Origin: Podarcis tiliguerta
Taxonomy: Eukaryota
Reading direction: 5' to 3' (one strand)
Assembly: GCA_965153285.1 (NCBI GenBank)
Contig: OZ229114.1
DNA length: 64,000 nt
This document shows, in pieces, positions 37,274 through 50,730 of this stretch. The notes under the pieces are model-generated. The model saw only the letters and a program-made list of their open reading frames with translations. It had not been told where the DNA came from and did no database searches. How positions within the stretch are numbered: the first letter of the stretch is position 1; each line of letters begins with the position of its first letter. The position numbers and the translations under genes are program-made.

Positions 37274-40200
37274 ACAGAAAAAATGTTTACAGAAGAAATA
37301 AGAACAGCCTCAAAACAACGGAGAACTCAAGAACATATCATGAATGTAATTGGGCAGTGGTGTCACCCTCCTCCTGTAGAATAAATGGCAGGAAACACTG
37401 CCACCGGTAATATTCAGGAGTTATAGAGAAAACCGGTGATGTGGTATTGCAGGACAAAAGGAATTAAGGCAATCTTTAGGTTGTCCTCGCAGAAACGTAT
37501 GTAAAATCTGGGAAACAATGGTTCTGGCTCAATGAAGCACTAATAAGAACTTGCTTAGAGTGCAATAATGTTGAGAAATAAAAAAAGATTGTTAAGGCAT
37601 TAGAAGTCAAGTAGGGCTGTACGAAACACAGTTCAAATAGGGAAAGCAGGTACTGCGTTTTCAAATAGTTCAAAAACTTACAGAATGGAAAATGGTTGTA
37701 CCATGAGTCCATTGAGGGTGGGATGGAATTGTAGGTGGGCATCTAGGTGCAAAGTAGAGGATTGGATTGGTAGAATGTGTGTTAGATGTTTAAAGAACTG
37801 TGCAATAACTTTTCAACAGCAGCATCATTTCCCTTATACACAGACCACATTATGATTATCAAATTGTGCTCAAGTATCACACAATTGTAAAAACACTCAC
37901 CTGATTCACAAATGCTGGTGTATTCTCTTCATTTTATATGGATCCTCACAGTTCTTATATCACCCCAGACCTTGAGTATTGTTTCACAACATCTCAGAGT
38001 TATATTAGTTAAAGAAGTACTTAATGTTTTAATCTTAGGTAATGTCAAAATGCCACAGGAAAGGGAGGGGTCAATATCTCTCTCTTTCTAAACACTGAAT
38101 TCTTATCACTCAGCCTTTGAGCTGGCTTTTTTCACTTGGTGGCTACAATGTTCAATAGAAGAGACTTCTTAGAGAAAGTCAGACATAATCTTTTGTCCTT
38201 TCTGTACAATTCATGCTGACATAATTGGCTAAATAGCATTATTTTTCAATGGGGAAATTTGTGATTCTTTTATACCGGCTGAATTAAAGCAGGCCAGCAA
38301 CAATATGATGTGGTGGCTAAAATGTCCTGTAAAATGCTATTGGCAGGAAGAGGATCCATGAAATCTATAGGACATCTTCCCGATTGATAATCACTTGAAA
38401 AATGAAGAAAGAAAAAAGGAACTGAAAACTGTTGATAAAAAATATTTTAAAAGGCTGCTTTTTATTTAACTTTGCTCATACAAACACTGGCACATCTCTA
38501 GTTTACTGAGTCCCATGATATATGGCTGTACCAAATTGAGTTTGCAAAAAAGCCCATACGTTTCCCCAAGATGATGAAGATGTAGAGGGAAGTTTTTTTT
38601 TTATGTTTGATGTTTTATTATGTTTTTGTATATGCTGTATATTCATTTTTATCTGCTCTTCACCATAAGATTTCACCATAAGATATAGTAATAATGGCAC
38701 TGAGATATTATTTCCCGCCCCAATCTCCAACTAACTTTAAACATTTATTTCATGCAACACACACATATACTGGAAATATATGATAGCTTCCCAAAGCCAT
38801 CATGCAAATTTCCAGCTAGTTTTCTTTGAAAAGAATCTTCCAGGGATACATTATAAAAGTGAGAGAGACAGAGAGAGCGCAATTGCTTCATTTCTTGACA
38901 GAAGAGTCTTTAAAAGTACAGCCCATGCCAAGGTAACAGTTCACAGCCCCATTAAACTTCTCCAGCGAATGCCAACAGCTTCTCGTTGTGTTATCATGAC
39001 TAGACCTGACCACTTATATCTTTGGCCTCAGCTCCATTTGTTTTCATGTTTCCTATTCTGTTCTTCATAAGGTGGGGAAGACAGAACTGTTTGGCACGAC
39101 ATTCTTTCCCCCTTATTCCCTCAGCCTGCTTATCTTAACAGAGTCCAGGCTGGGTGATTTCATAGAAGCCATCTTACTTAGTCTTATCTGTGTTATGCTT
39201 CTATATTTAACCAGGGAGGGTTTTGCGTTGCCAAAGTAATATAAAGCATAATGCTACTAGGTGGCTGGCTTGTAAAGAGAGGCCATATATCACTTTTATG
39301 TGGCTGTTCAAAGAAGGAGGCATTTAATAAAGCCGAAAGACCAAGCCAAGGGCCTCAGTTAATATAGAACCAACAGTTTAATTATTAACGTCTCCAAGTA
39401 CTAAATCAGCTTGTGGGAGGACAATGCCAAAATATTACGAAAGTCAGACTAGATAACTCATTGCCTTGAGGCAAAAGGTGTAGAGCAGCACAATGCAGGG
39501 AGAGAGTGTTTTGTTTTGAATCTATATCTAGAGATTGGCCTTGGTTAAAATATGGGCTAGATTACATTTAATGGAGCCCTTGGCCTTTGGATCATGGGTA
39601 CTGGAATTTCATCTTCATTCAGAGTCATGGTCTGGATCTCAAGAATTTCTGACTAGCCCCATTCCCATATAAAAAGCATTCCTGTTTCCAGTGGCCTGAG
39701 CAGTTTCAACCTGCAGTAGTGTAGTGGCTAAGTGCATGCATGCATAATGTTGTTGGCCAGCACTTTGCACCGGTGATGGGGAACTTGTGGCCTTTCAGAT
39801 CTACAAATATCATCCCATGCAGGCTCACAGGCTCCCTTCCAACAACATCGAATAGGCCACAGGTTGCCCATCATATTATTTGATGTGGATAACAGTAGCC
39901 ATATTGGATAAGTGGTGAGTCATCTTCTACTCTTTAATAGCAATCCCTCAACTAATGATAATTTTATCCTGCTAAAGTTGGCCTACTTACACTGCATTCA
40001 CATCATAAAATGTTGGTTTAGTCATTTGTTGATTAATGTATGTGTACCCTCAGATTCTTCCATTTCTTCACTGATTTTTTTACAGAGCATCCTGGGGATT
40101 CTTAATTATACATCCATTTCATTTTTGAGATACTCATTTCCTGTCTAATTTCACATGATTTTGCTCTGGCTATTCCTTTTCACTCTCTAATTCCATAGTA

Positions 40201-40577
40201 TCATTAGTAAATATCAAATATTGGTCATCAGCAAAAGCTAAGGGGATTTGCTGTCAAAACTAGTCCCATATGCCATTGTTTGTGTGTATGCATGTGCTTC
40301 CACTGAACATCTCAACAATTCCAGAAATTCAGTAAATAGCTTTGGAAAAGTTCTCATTCTTTTGTAAACATGCATGCATCATGTATGGCATAATATTCAT
40401 AGTAAGGGTTGGGCTGATTCAGACAAGTCAGCATCTTCCAAGTCAATTCCAAAATTATTCTGTGCATTAATTACAGTGGCTTCCCAGATTCCATTTTCCC
40501 TTCTAAATTCTTCATAAATTTCCTGCACTTTCCCAAGTGTTTCTCTACAGAGTACGTCACAATTTCCCCACCCTTTT

Positions 40578-41015
40578 TGTCGTAAGTTTCAGCATTCTAA
40601 ACAGCTCTGTTGTTTAGAGCAGGGAGTATCAGATTGCCCCACACCCAGGAAGGAAGACATGAAAAGCCAGAGCTTTATTAAATTACCAAACTCAAGGAAC
40701 TGCAACAAACAGGATTGGTAAAATCAATCTGGGCAGGTATCATAAGAAGTTCAGACAAAAGGGAGTATATTTCCCAGTTTCCCCTGAGGGTGAACTCACC
40801 CTGGCTTTAATCGACTGATTGGAATAGTAACTGATACATGCTTTTTTTCATCTGGGCACCTGGAGGTGTGCCAAGGGAGCTGTCGTTAGCTGCATGCCTC
40901 CACCGCTGTCCAGTGTCTGGAATCACAAGGGATGCTTCTCTCTCCAACCCCCAAGCTGATGAGAATGATGAGAGGTGGATTAGGAAGTACCCCTCCATAT
41001 AAATAATATCATACA
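40578..41015 (-). mobile_element. Possible degraded solo LTR
   Basis: TGTCGTA...ATCATACA ends; minus-strand AATAAA at 40674-40679; putative TSD only 3/4 (tttt/ttgt). Confidence 0.3.
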
Positions 41016-43489
41016 TTGTGTGCTGTCACACACAAAAACGATACAAAGGATTTGAGGATTGCCCATACCCAAGCTGGAAAAACAAATGCAGTCATTTGAC
41101 TGAGGTCTCAGGTTTGGGCCATCCATAGGCCGCCTGAATTTTTTTCGAGCCTGGTCTGAAAATGTATTCAGAAGATAGGCCTTCCTTGTTAGTTAGCTAA
41201 CTAATCCTTGCTTTCAGCTTCAGATGTTCTTAATGCTTTGCACTGTTTTCTTTGCTCAGTCAATAATACAGACCTTCTGTTCTGAGCATGCATCAATCAT
41301 AGTGCAAATCCCAGACAAAAATAAACAATGTGTGTGTCTTCAAGGTGTAGCTGGAGTTGGGTGGCCATTTGTAGAATCTGAAGCTGCATCTTTCAAGGCT
41401 TGTTCCTTACAGTAGGCCTTCATTGCTGTGTCAATCAGCATGCCTTTTGTGGACAGCTTTAGTCTATTTTCATTGCACTGACTGAAAAGAACTTTTGTGT
41501 AAGACTTGTCATCCCCCAGTAAACCAGGTTCTGAATGACTTGTCCAGCAACAAGAACAAATAGAACCAATGTATGCTGAAGTTATTATCTGCCTTCATAA
41601 AAAGTCTTTTGTTGTGATCTTAAAGCAACAACTGATTTAACCAATTATTGATTATTGTTTCAGTAACAACAACAACACAAGGCCATGAGTGCAAATCACA
41701 ATGCACTGTGTCTCACAGAGTTTCCATTTACCCTATATTTTAAAGTTATTCTTATTAATAGGTGCCTGCTACCAGGAATGGATGAGAAATTGGTTTGGCT
41801 TGTATTTTAATCCAAACCTTCCAGATCCACATGTTCTGAAGCAATACACAAAGTGAAACAAACTCCCCCCTGAAATCTGTACTTCTCTGAATTTTGCAAT
41901 ACTGTTCTCCCATCAAAGAATACAAAAATGTCTATGTGCCTGAAAATAAAGTATAAAAATGCATTCCGTTCAGGAACATTGCTTGCAAAAATGCTTATAT
42001 TAGGCAAAATATCATACAAAATAAGTCAGTCGGTAGTATAATGAGTCAGTATATCCATTATAAATTCGTATTATTTTCTCTTCTGACCACAAACTTTACT
42101 AGTTTATGTTTTATTCTGATTTTCCTATAGTTCTTTTTTAAAGCAATGATTATATATATGGTTCATATATATGAACCAAAATGATCCCTCAGAGCAACTT
42201 GCAATATACTGTATATGGTAAGTCACTCTGAGGGATAATTCTGCCATATGGCTGGACATGAAAATGAGACATAAATTAATTAATTGCATTACCTTGCAAA
42301 CTTCTTTGACCCATTTTTGGCATGCAAACGAAGGTGGTGGGCGCTGACCACACACCCATGTGGAAAAACAGGTGCCCCCAGAAAGTGTTTAATTGCCACC
42401 GTTAAGCTGTCTTGCAAATCTGCAGCAGTCCTTCAAACTTTAGGGGGAAAACCAATCCAACTTTAACCTGGTCTCTTTTTTTCCTTCTCCTTCTGCAAAT
42501 ACGTCTGAACAATGACTTGAGTGTTCTCTCTGAAATCTCTTAAAAGGTGAGCGAATGGACCACTATAAAGTCCAGAGCTTTTGGTTATGAAGGGCACCTT
42601 TCATTTGCCTGAACGGGTAGCCACACAGCACCGCATAACATTTGGTATAGACTTGTGTCATCACACACCAGAAATGAGGTAAGATGTTTATGGATGGAAA
42701 TGTAAGGAGTGTGGTCCTGTACCCCTGAAATTATGCACAAAACACTGTTTCTTCACCTGCCTGTCAAAAGCTAAATTAAGGAGGACATACGGCAAATTTC
42801 TTCAGAGGAAAACCTCCAAATCATTTATTTGAGAGCTAATTATGCGGAATGTGTTGACCTCCAATATGTGGTCCAATTAAAAAAGGGGCGAGGGGCAGCT
42901 GTGGAAACTGTGACATTTATTCATAGTTCACTAGTTTCTCAGGTAGTGGTGAATGCATTTATCAAAGAAATATTAGGACATCTATATAGTTAGGATACCA
43001 TGTGCATTGAAGATTCATTTAAGTAGCCGAAATCAATTACAACATACAATATAAAGCTTTCCAGCCTGTTAAGATCAGTTCTATAATTCAAAGTGGTATA
43101 ATACAGCACAGATCACAGATGATGATGATACTGTTGCAGCAAACATTATAATATTGTGTGTGGGTATAACATATGCATTGCTTTTTATTGTTAAATACTG
43201 CATACAATTTTTCTTTATGCCTTAAAAGGCATAAGATTTTGCCAACATCCCATGATTTCCTGATGAAGATTTTCTGGTTTCTGTTTGCATTTCTAATTGC
43301 AGCCGAGATGGATCTGAATGCCTTTTATATAATTGTTTAAAATATATTAAAATAAACTCACTCATAATTTTCAGATTATAAAGAATGAAACAAACAAATG
43401 CTTCTTCAGTGATCCTGAATATGGTCGCCACTGTTATTATTGTTGTTGCTGCTTTCTGGCTGGATGTTCTTCTGCTATGCAAAAACACA

Positions 43490-43640
43490 GGGAGGTCTGT
43501 AGCTCAGTGGTAGAGCATCTGCCTTGCATGTTGGATGCAAATGTCTCCTATCTGAAACCCTGGAGAGCCATCAGTGTAAATAATATTGAGCTGGAAGGAC
43601 TAGTGCTCTGGCTCAGTGTAAAGAAGCTTCCTGTGTTCTT
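43490..43640 (+). mobile_element. Squam3-like SINE with internal deletion
   Basis: tagctcagtggtagagca A-box head; tail aagcttcctgtgttc. Confidence 0.7.
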
Positions 43641-43799
43641 ATCATGTCATGACATGGATAATCTCTCTTTCATTGTGTAAAAAGGCCCAGTCCATTACTG
43701 TGGCTTCGAACCATTATGAATGTGCCCTCATAGTGGAACTTTGATATTCAGTCCTGTGAGCTGGGATGTTATGTCACCAGGGATGCTTCTGAAAATCTT

Positions 43800-44085
43800 A
43801 CCTGAATGGCCTCACAGAATTGGCATTCCAGATTACCTTGCCAAGTCTCCAAAATGGAACTGATGCATTTGGTAAGACTGGGTCTAACAGGCCAGAGAAC
43901 ACCCCAAAATGGTAACCTGGAGGGATCGCCCGATTTGATTTGCCTAACCTAGGATCAACCCTAAAGGTGTTATCAGCCAGCAACCAGGTTGGCTCATTCA
44001 GGATACATATCCAATGCCTATGCCAAATTGATTACAGATTGATTATATCTGTAATCAATAAAGCTGTGGCCATTTTGATTCCAAG
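43800..44085 (+). mobile_element. Diverged relative of the 60.1-60.8 kb repeat (3' part)
   Basis: CCAATGCCTA followed by AATAAAGCTGTGGCC, matching CCAATGCCTA...AATAAAGTTGTGGCC on the minus strand at 60118-60169. Confidence 0.45.
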
Positions 44086-47000
44086 CCATTTTGCTGCTTC
44101 TACACCCCCCCAGTGCCCCCCAGCCTGCTGAGCATGGGCCCGCAAAGATGTGCGTTGCTTATGTTGAAAACAATTCATTTTCATAGCCTCTTGGGGCCTT
44201 GAAATCCCTCCAGATAGAAGTTATCTACACTTTTTTGAGAACATAAACAATATGTTTAAGAAAGTTTCCTTCATCTGTCTTTTATCTTCTGTACTATGAA
44301 GGCTATAATGAGATGCAGAATGGCGTCCTTCCATTTTATAAGCCTAATTAGGTCAAGCAAGCTGGTTCTTGTTTAATGTTCTGGTTGCACACAGAGAGAG
44401 TGAGTGAGCGAGAGAGAGAAACAAACAGAAAGGCAGGTGGTAGAGCAGGCAATGCCAAATGCTACAGGATTGACTTCTCAAAGGCGATGCATTTCTCTTA
44501 AAGCAGAACAGAATAAAATTGATATTTCTTGCCTCTCTTCTTTACAGTCTGCTCTATTGAAGAGAAGCCTCACTGTTCAGTTGCTGGCAATGCACCTGCC
44601 TCTATAACTATAATTCGATGCATACTTAACATCAGTATGGTTAGGCAGTTGAGAAAAAGGTAAATAATTCAAACTCTTGTTTCTAGCACTAGACCAGGTG
44701 GATTGGTATAAAAGCAGCCACAGGAACGTGGAGGAAATCAAAATGCACTTGGTTCAGACACATCTCCCAAACTGCATGAGCTCACAACTGTGGTTCTTTA
44801 AAATCCAAAGCTTGTATGATTGAGCTATGCATAAAAATGAGAACATTTCACTATGTTAGACTCAGACCTCTGGCTAATCTACGCCAATACAGCAATACTT
44901 CTCAAGCACTATATAAGTTATAACAAACAACCATTATTTCTCATCTGTCTTTTAAAATAAGAGTTTTATAGTTTTAGTATATCATGTCCATGTTCTCGTT
45001 TGTTTTTCAAAAACCAAAACGCATGCTAGTGGAGAACAAAACACTCTTGCACAATCAAATCTAACCAACATGTTAGCACCCTATAAATGCATATTGTTGG
45101 CTCACATAAGCACCAGTAATTGGGGTAGTGTAAATGACTAGGTCATAGCCATAGTCTTTATGCTTGTATCAACCTGACCAGAGGTAATGGTTATTTTAAC
45201 TCATTATGAAAGAAAGTACCTGGTGTGCTGTTATGGCATAAAGGGGAGTCAGATGCAGAAAAACTGGGATTACTAAGCAAGACGGGGGAGAAATTAAACA
45301 AAATGGAAGCAGCTCAAATTGGAGAGCCATGTTGTTAGAACAGATGTAGAAAGGCATTCCTTCTGAAGTAGAAAACTGGATGACTCAGGAGGTTTCAGAA
45401 TCCTGAATCTTCGAAAATTCGCTTTGGAAGTATAGTGGTCAAAAATGGTTTGAAAACTTAACGTGTGCCATTTTGATTGTGTAAGTTGAGTGGGAGAGGT
45501 TGTTTGACAGTGTACATGCAATGGTGTACATACTTTGGGTACATACAATGAATTTCATGAAGGAACATGGCAATCCACACACAGCTTTCGTGCCATTTCC
45601 TACATCAATGTGAGTTCCATGAAGGAAAATATAAAATAGCTCTTAAGAGCCCTAGCTCATAATACTGGAATCTGAGGTCATCCAATAAAGCTAGGCAATA
45701 CAATACTTCTACTGTACATACATAGCTAAACTATGGAATTCGCTAGCGTAAATTGTAGTGATGGGTTGGTACCCAACTAAACGGATCTTCTATTGCAAAG
45801 ACTTTTAGCTGCTCAGTGAGAGACTATGTCTGGCTCAAGTCACTCATTGAGTTTAGTGGGATTTGAACTCTGGTCTCCCAGGTCCTAGTCCAGCATTCAA
45901 ACCACTACACCACACTGGCTCTCAGAGGTGGTATGACTTGGAATACTAGTTGCTGGGGTTCACAAACAGGAGGTTGCTATTGAACTCATGTCCTACCTGT
46001 AGGCTTCCCATGGGGAGCCAGAGTGCCACAGAATGCTGGATTAGATAAACCTCCGGTTTAATCCAGCAGAGTTCTCAAATTACTACAATTCCATATGTCT
46101 CCGAGTTCATATATGGCAGTCAGTGCAAATCCTTTATGTGTCTACTGAGACATAAGTGCTATTGAACTGTGGCCGATTTGTGTTTTGCAACATGATAGTG
46201 TCCTCACAGGTCTTGCAGAGGGCAATGTTGGCCACATCATGCATCTGGAAATGGAAACACTCATTAGGGTCCAGACATGCATATTTCACCTTCAAAAAAG
46301 GGGCATTTGTATGATTTTATTTTCAAACCACAAAATACACACCTGAGGTTGTTTGGTCCTTGGCAGCGGACACGACACATTTTCTCACTGTGTGCATAGG
46401 TTACACCTGCACACTTGGTAGTTGTGATATTGACACAGATCCTCAAGTTATATTTAAATGAAACCTTTATAGAAGCGTTTGTCTCTGCACTCTTCATTCT
46501 GGGCAATTTATGTTTCTTGTCATTAAATCCCAATATGCATTGAGACATTGTGCTTGGACCTCTACTTTCTTCTCCTACATCTGTCTTAAGACTGGATGAG
46601 TTAACTCTCCGTTGGTCAGAGCTAATTAATAAGACAAGCCTCCCACAAGTTGCCACAAAAAGAAAGTTTTCTTTATTTGCACCATTTCTGGTGGAGGCTT
46701 TTCCTCTTAACTCCAAAAAAACCCTGCTGCACCTAAGGGCCTCTCATAATCTTTCTCTTCCCTTCACATCACTTTTCACAGGCTCCTTGTAAAGGAAAGT
46801 GGGTGTGAAACATTGGCATAAGGTAGGAGCTGTTCAGACCAGTTAAACATTACAACAATACATGTTGATTAGGCGATATTTTGGCCTCCTCCTTTGCCAC
46901 ATTTTACTTGATGACATCACCCTGTCTCATAACTCCTCCAGCCATGGCCAGTGGAACAGCAGTAAACACCGAATGGCTGTTGTAGAAAATGTCGAAACCA

Positions 47001-48460
47001 CAGTTCCAGGGGGGGAAATAAAAAGGAGAAGGTACAGCCAGTTCTCCATGGGCGTCTTAACATTCAGGCTCACGTGGAAAAATCCCAAAGAAGTTGGAGC
47101 AAGCTGCTTCGCAACAATGGTTTAGGATCCCATAGTACTTCCATAGTTTGAAGACACTGAAGCTTCCTTTTACCAAACACATGTACGTCTGTGATATCAG
47201 CCCCTTATAAAAATACCAGACTAGTTAATTAATCCTTATAAAAGCAGAACAGCTACAACACATGAAAGCCATGATTGGAATAAATACCAATGTGAAGTGT
47301 AGAGTTTTGGACCACTATCATGCCTTTTATGATATAAAGAGTCCTTAGTGGGACTTTTCCTGTAAATTGCAGGTTCTGGAGTAAGCATGGGTTTGGCAAA
47401 GGCCAAAACAAGATGCTTACTGCTGGCATAGCCACTCTTTTCTGTACTGAAGAACATTATCCTTAACATTACCAAATAGGTGTTTCACTCTAAGCTAGCA
47501 CATGATTGTTTCTAATGAGACGAGAAGGGGTGAATGTTGGCCATGATTTCAGCAGTGGATGCATTACTGGGAAGGGAAAAGCTAACTAACACGCAAGCAA
47601 GCCCACTGTACATCCAGGCTGCACAGCAACATGGAGGCAAGGAAGCCTGCTTGGGACTAGGCTATCAAAGCATTGTATAAACTAATATTGGCAACAATAA
47701 TTCTAGTTTCTACACTACAGTGCTAGACTACTGAGGTTCATCAGATTTAGATGAGCAGAAGCTACTTACCAATTCTTATCTCTCAGCAATTGCTTCTATT
47801 TATTATTTATATGAAGCAAGTGAAGTTCTATGTGCATTCTGGGAAAATTTTATATGTCTGTGCTATCAATGAGCATATGTGCATTGGCAGGCACACAGAA
47901 GAAAAGCAATAAATGGGATCAAATCTTCACTCGCAACAGGATTCTTTTTGTGTGGTACTTTGCCAGTGTACAGGAGGACATCAAATGAGCTTTTTCAATA
48001 TTTAGAGAATTGCCTCCCCAGGGAAATTCATCTGATGCCTGCACTGTTGTTGTTTTAAGCACCAGATTAAGACATCTTTATACTCTTGATATTTTTTAAT
48101 GAACCCTCTTTATTTAACTGTATAAACCAACCTTTACAAATAGATCTCAGGGCTGAATACGAATGAGTTCAAAATTACAAACGCATTCTAAATACAAAAC
48201 AACAATGCAATAAAATGAAGAGGAACAAAACCCCTTAACCAGTTGAAAATAGTACAATCTGGGGCAAGCCAGCCAGATGGGCAGGGTATAAATAATAAAA
48301 TAATTATTATAATCTAAAACACCCAGGTTTTGACTGGGTGCTGAAAAAATAGTGTCTGCCCCAAATATTGCTTTTTTTTGGGGGGGGGAGGGGATTCCTT
48401 GATTAGGGTGCCATCACCAAAAGAGACCATGTCTTTTGTGCATACATAAGGCTCCTATTT

Positions 48461-48818
48461 GGGACGCGGGTGGCGCTGTGGGTAAAAGCCTCAGCGCCTA
48501 GGGCTTGCCGATCGAAAGGTCAGCGGTTCGAATCCCCACGGCAGGGTGCGCTCCCGTTGTTCGGTCCCAGCGCCTGCCAACCTAGCAGTTCGAAAGCACC
48601 CTCGGGTGCAAGTAGATAAATAGGGACCGCTTACTAGCGGGAAGGTAAACGGCGTTTCTGTGTGCGGCTCTGGCTCGCCAGAGCAGTGATGTCACGCTGG
48701 CCATGTGACCCGGAAGTGTCTCCGGACAGCGCTGGCCCCCAGCCTCTTGAGTGAGATGGGCGCACAACCCTAGAGTCTGTCAAGACTGGCCCGTATGGGC
48801 AGGGGTACCTTTACCTTT
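48461..48818 (+). mobile_element. Sauria SINE, full length, CpG-rich (younger) copy
   Basis: GGGACGCGGGTGGCGCTGTGG head, GGTTCGAATCC B-box, TACCTTTACCTTT tail; flanked by AAGGCTC(C/T)TATT. Confidence 0.92.
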
Positions 48819-48830
48819 AAGGCTCTTATT

Positions 48831-49210
48831 AGGATGTGGGTAGCGCTGTGATCTAAACCACTGAGCCTCTTGGGCTTGCCGATCAGAAGGTTGGCAGTTT
48901 GAATCCCCGTGACGGGGTGAGCTCCCGTTGCTCGGTGCTAGCTCCTGCCAACCTAGCATTTCAAAAGCATGCCAAAAAGTGCTAGTAGATAAATGGGTAC
49001 CGCTCCAGCAGGAAGGTAAACGGTGTTTCCATGCACTGCTCTGGTTTCGGTGTTCCATTGCACCAGAAGCGGCTTAGTCATGCTGGCCACATGACCTGAA
49101 AAAACTGTCTGCAGACAAATGCCAGCTCCCTTGGCCTGTAAAGCAAGATGAGCGCCACAACCCCAGAGTCATCTGCGACTGGACTTAACTGTCAGGGGTC
49201 CTTTACCTTT
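48831..49210 (+). mobile_element. Sauria SINE, full length, different subfamily, more CpG-decayed
   Basis: Homologous to 36764-37114; CCTTTACCTTT tail followed by AAGGCTCCTAT. Confidence 0.9.
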
Positions 49211-50515
49211 AAGGCTCCTATACATGGAGTACAACAAAGAGTCTCCTTAAATCTTATGCGAAAAGAAGTAATTTTTTAAACATTGTAATGAGTCACCCCT
49301 TCTAATGTGTGTGTTAGGAGACCACCTGCTGCTTGTTGAAACAGCACATGCTCCAGTTCTGGAATTATTTCAGAAATTCTCCTGATTTACATAGGAATTC
49401 AGGAGGCATAGAAAGCAGGGTAAGGCAAGCTAGAGAAATGATAAAGAAAAGGAACAGCGGAAATCCTCTCAGCCCCTTGTAATGACACTAGACTTCTTCT
49501 CTTATGTGGGAGAATGTTAAAAACAATGCAGATATATTTACCACCTAACGACTGCAATTTATGGCTGAAGAGGAATACGTTCTCTTTGTTATTCAGTCAT
49601 CAGATTTACGAAGTGCGTTTGCTCTGAGTAACCACAGCTATCCCAGTGGAAGCATCGAGTTGAATAGCAATTAAAGCATCCCGTTGCCAGGTGTCAGGCT
49701 GGGTCTTGCAAACGTTTATGTCACAATATGCTAACAGGATTAAAGTCGACGGTACGGAAGCAACTGGAGGTTTGCCTTGTGCTGCGCTTACCGTCTCGTG
49801 TTATCTTTGGTGTCTCATGCCTAAAAACCTAATACACAGCTACACACAGTGGCGAAACGTAATACCTTAAATCTCTGCCTTGTTCATCTGTTTGGCAACA
49901 GAGCCCGGAGTTATTGTTTCCAGAAATGGCAGAAGCAAAATGCGACATGCTCCCGGTGCCAAAGTAAACGGATGAGTATTGGCTGGCGATTAACATCCCC
50001 TCCCTGCTATGCCAATTGTTAACACATACCAATTAATTCTTTCTAACAAGCCATTTCTTTCCACGGAACCATCACTCACTAAACTTGGACAGCCCTCTCT
50101 GTGGATTTAAGTTACAGCAAAACTGCTCCCCCCATGCACTCTTTTGAATTCATATCAACATCACACCGCTCCCCATTGCATGCCACCAGAGCTGAACATC
50201 TCATGAGACACAGCAGAATCCAAACCTGCTTTGAAGTCTTCTCTTCTTTCTGTGAAGCCCTTTGCTCCCACTTGGGGTGTATACAGGCACTCTGTACATG
50301 TTCAAACCCTCTCTCTTCTCTTTATTATTGTTTCCTTCGTCCCAGGTCTGAGGGCAGAACCCTGGATTAAACTGAGCCTTGCAAGGTGATAACAATCGGG
50401 GGGGGGGGGGGTTAACAACCAAAAAACCCTCCAGTCCCCTCACAGAAATTAACAGAATTAAAGGTTTCTGTGTTACAGTGGCTTTTTACGCAGTTGATCC
50501 TGAATCTTCCTGATA

Positions 50516-50730
50516 CAGTGGTACCTTGGGTTAAGAACTTAATTCATTCTGGAGGTAACCTGAAACTGTTCTTAACCTGAGGTACCACTTTAGCTAATGG
50601 GGCCTCCTGCCGCTGCCATGCCACCGTGCCATTTCTGTTCTCATCCTGAAGCAAAGTTCTTAACCCGAGGTACTATTTCTGGGTTAGCGGAGTCTGTAAC
50701 CTGAAGCGTCTGTAACCCAAGGTACCACTG
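50516..50730. mobile_element. Tigger/pogo-like MITE (CAGTGGTACCTC family)
   Basis: TA-CAGTGGTACCTTGGGTTA...TAACCCAAGGTACCACTG-TA. Confidence 0.88.

Noticed and set aside
46264-46716. 150-aa minus-strand ORF
   Set aside because: No recognisable domain, and no convincing splice or start context
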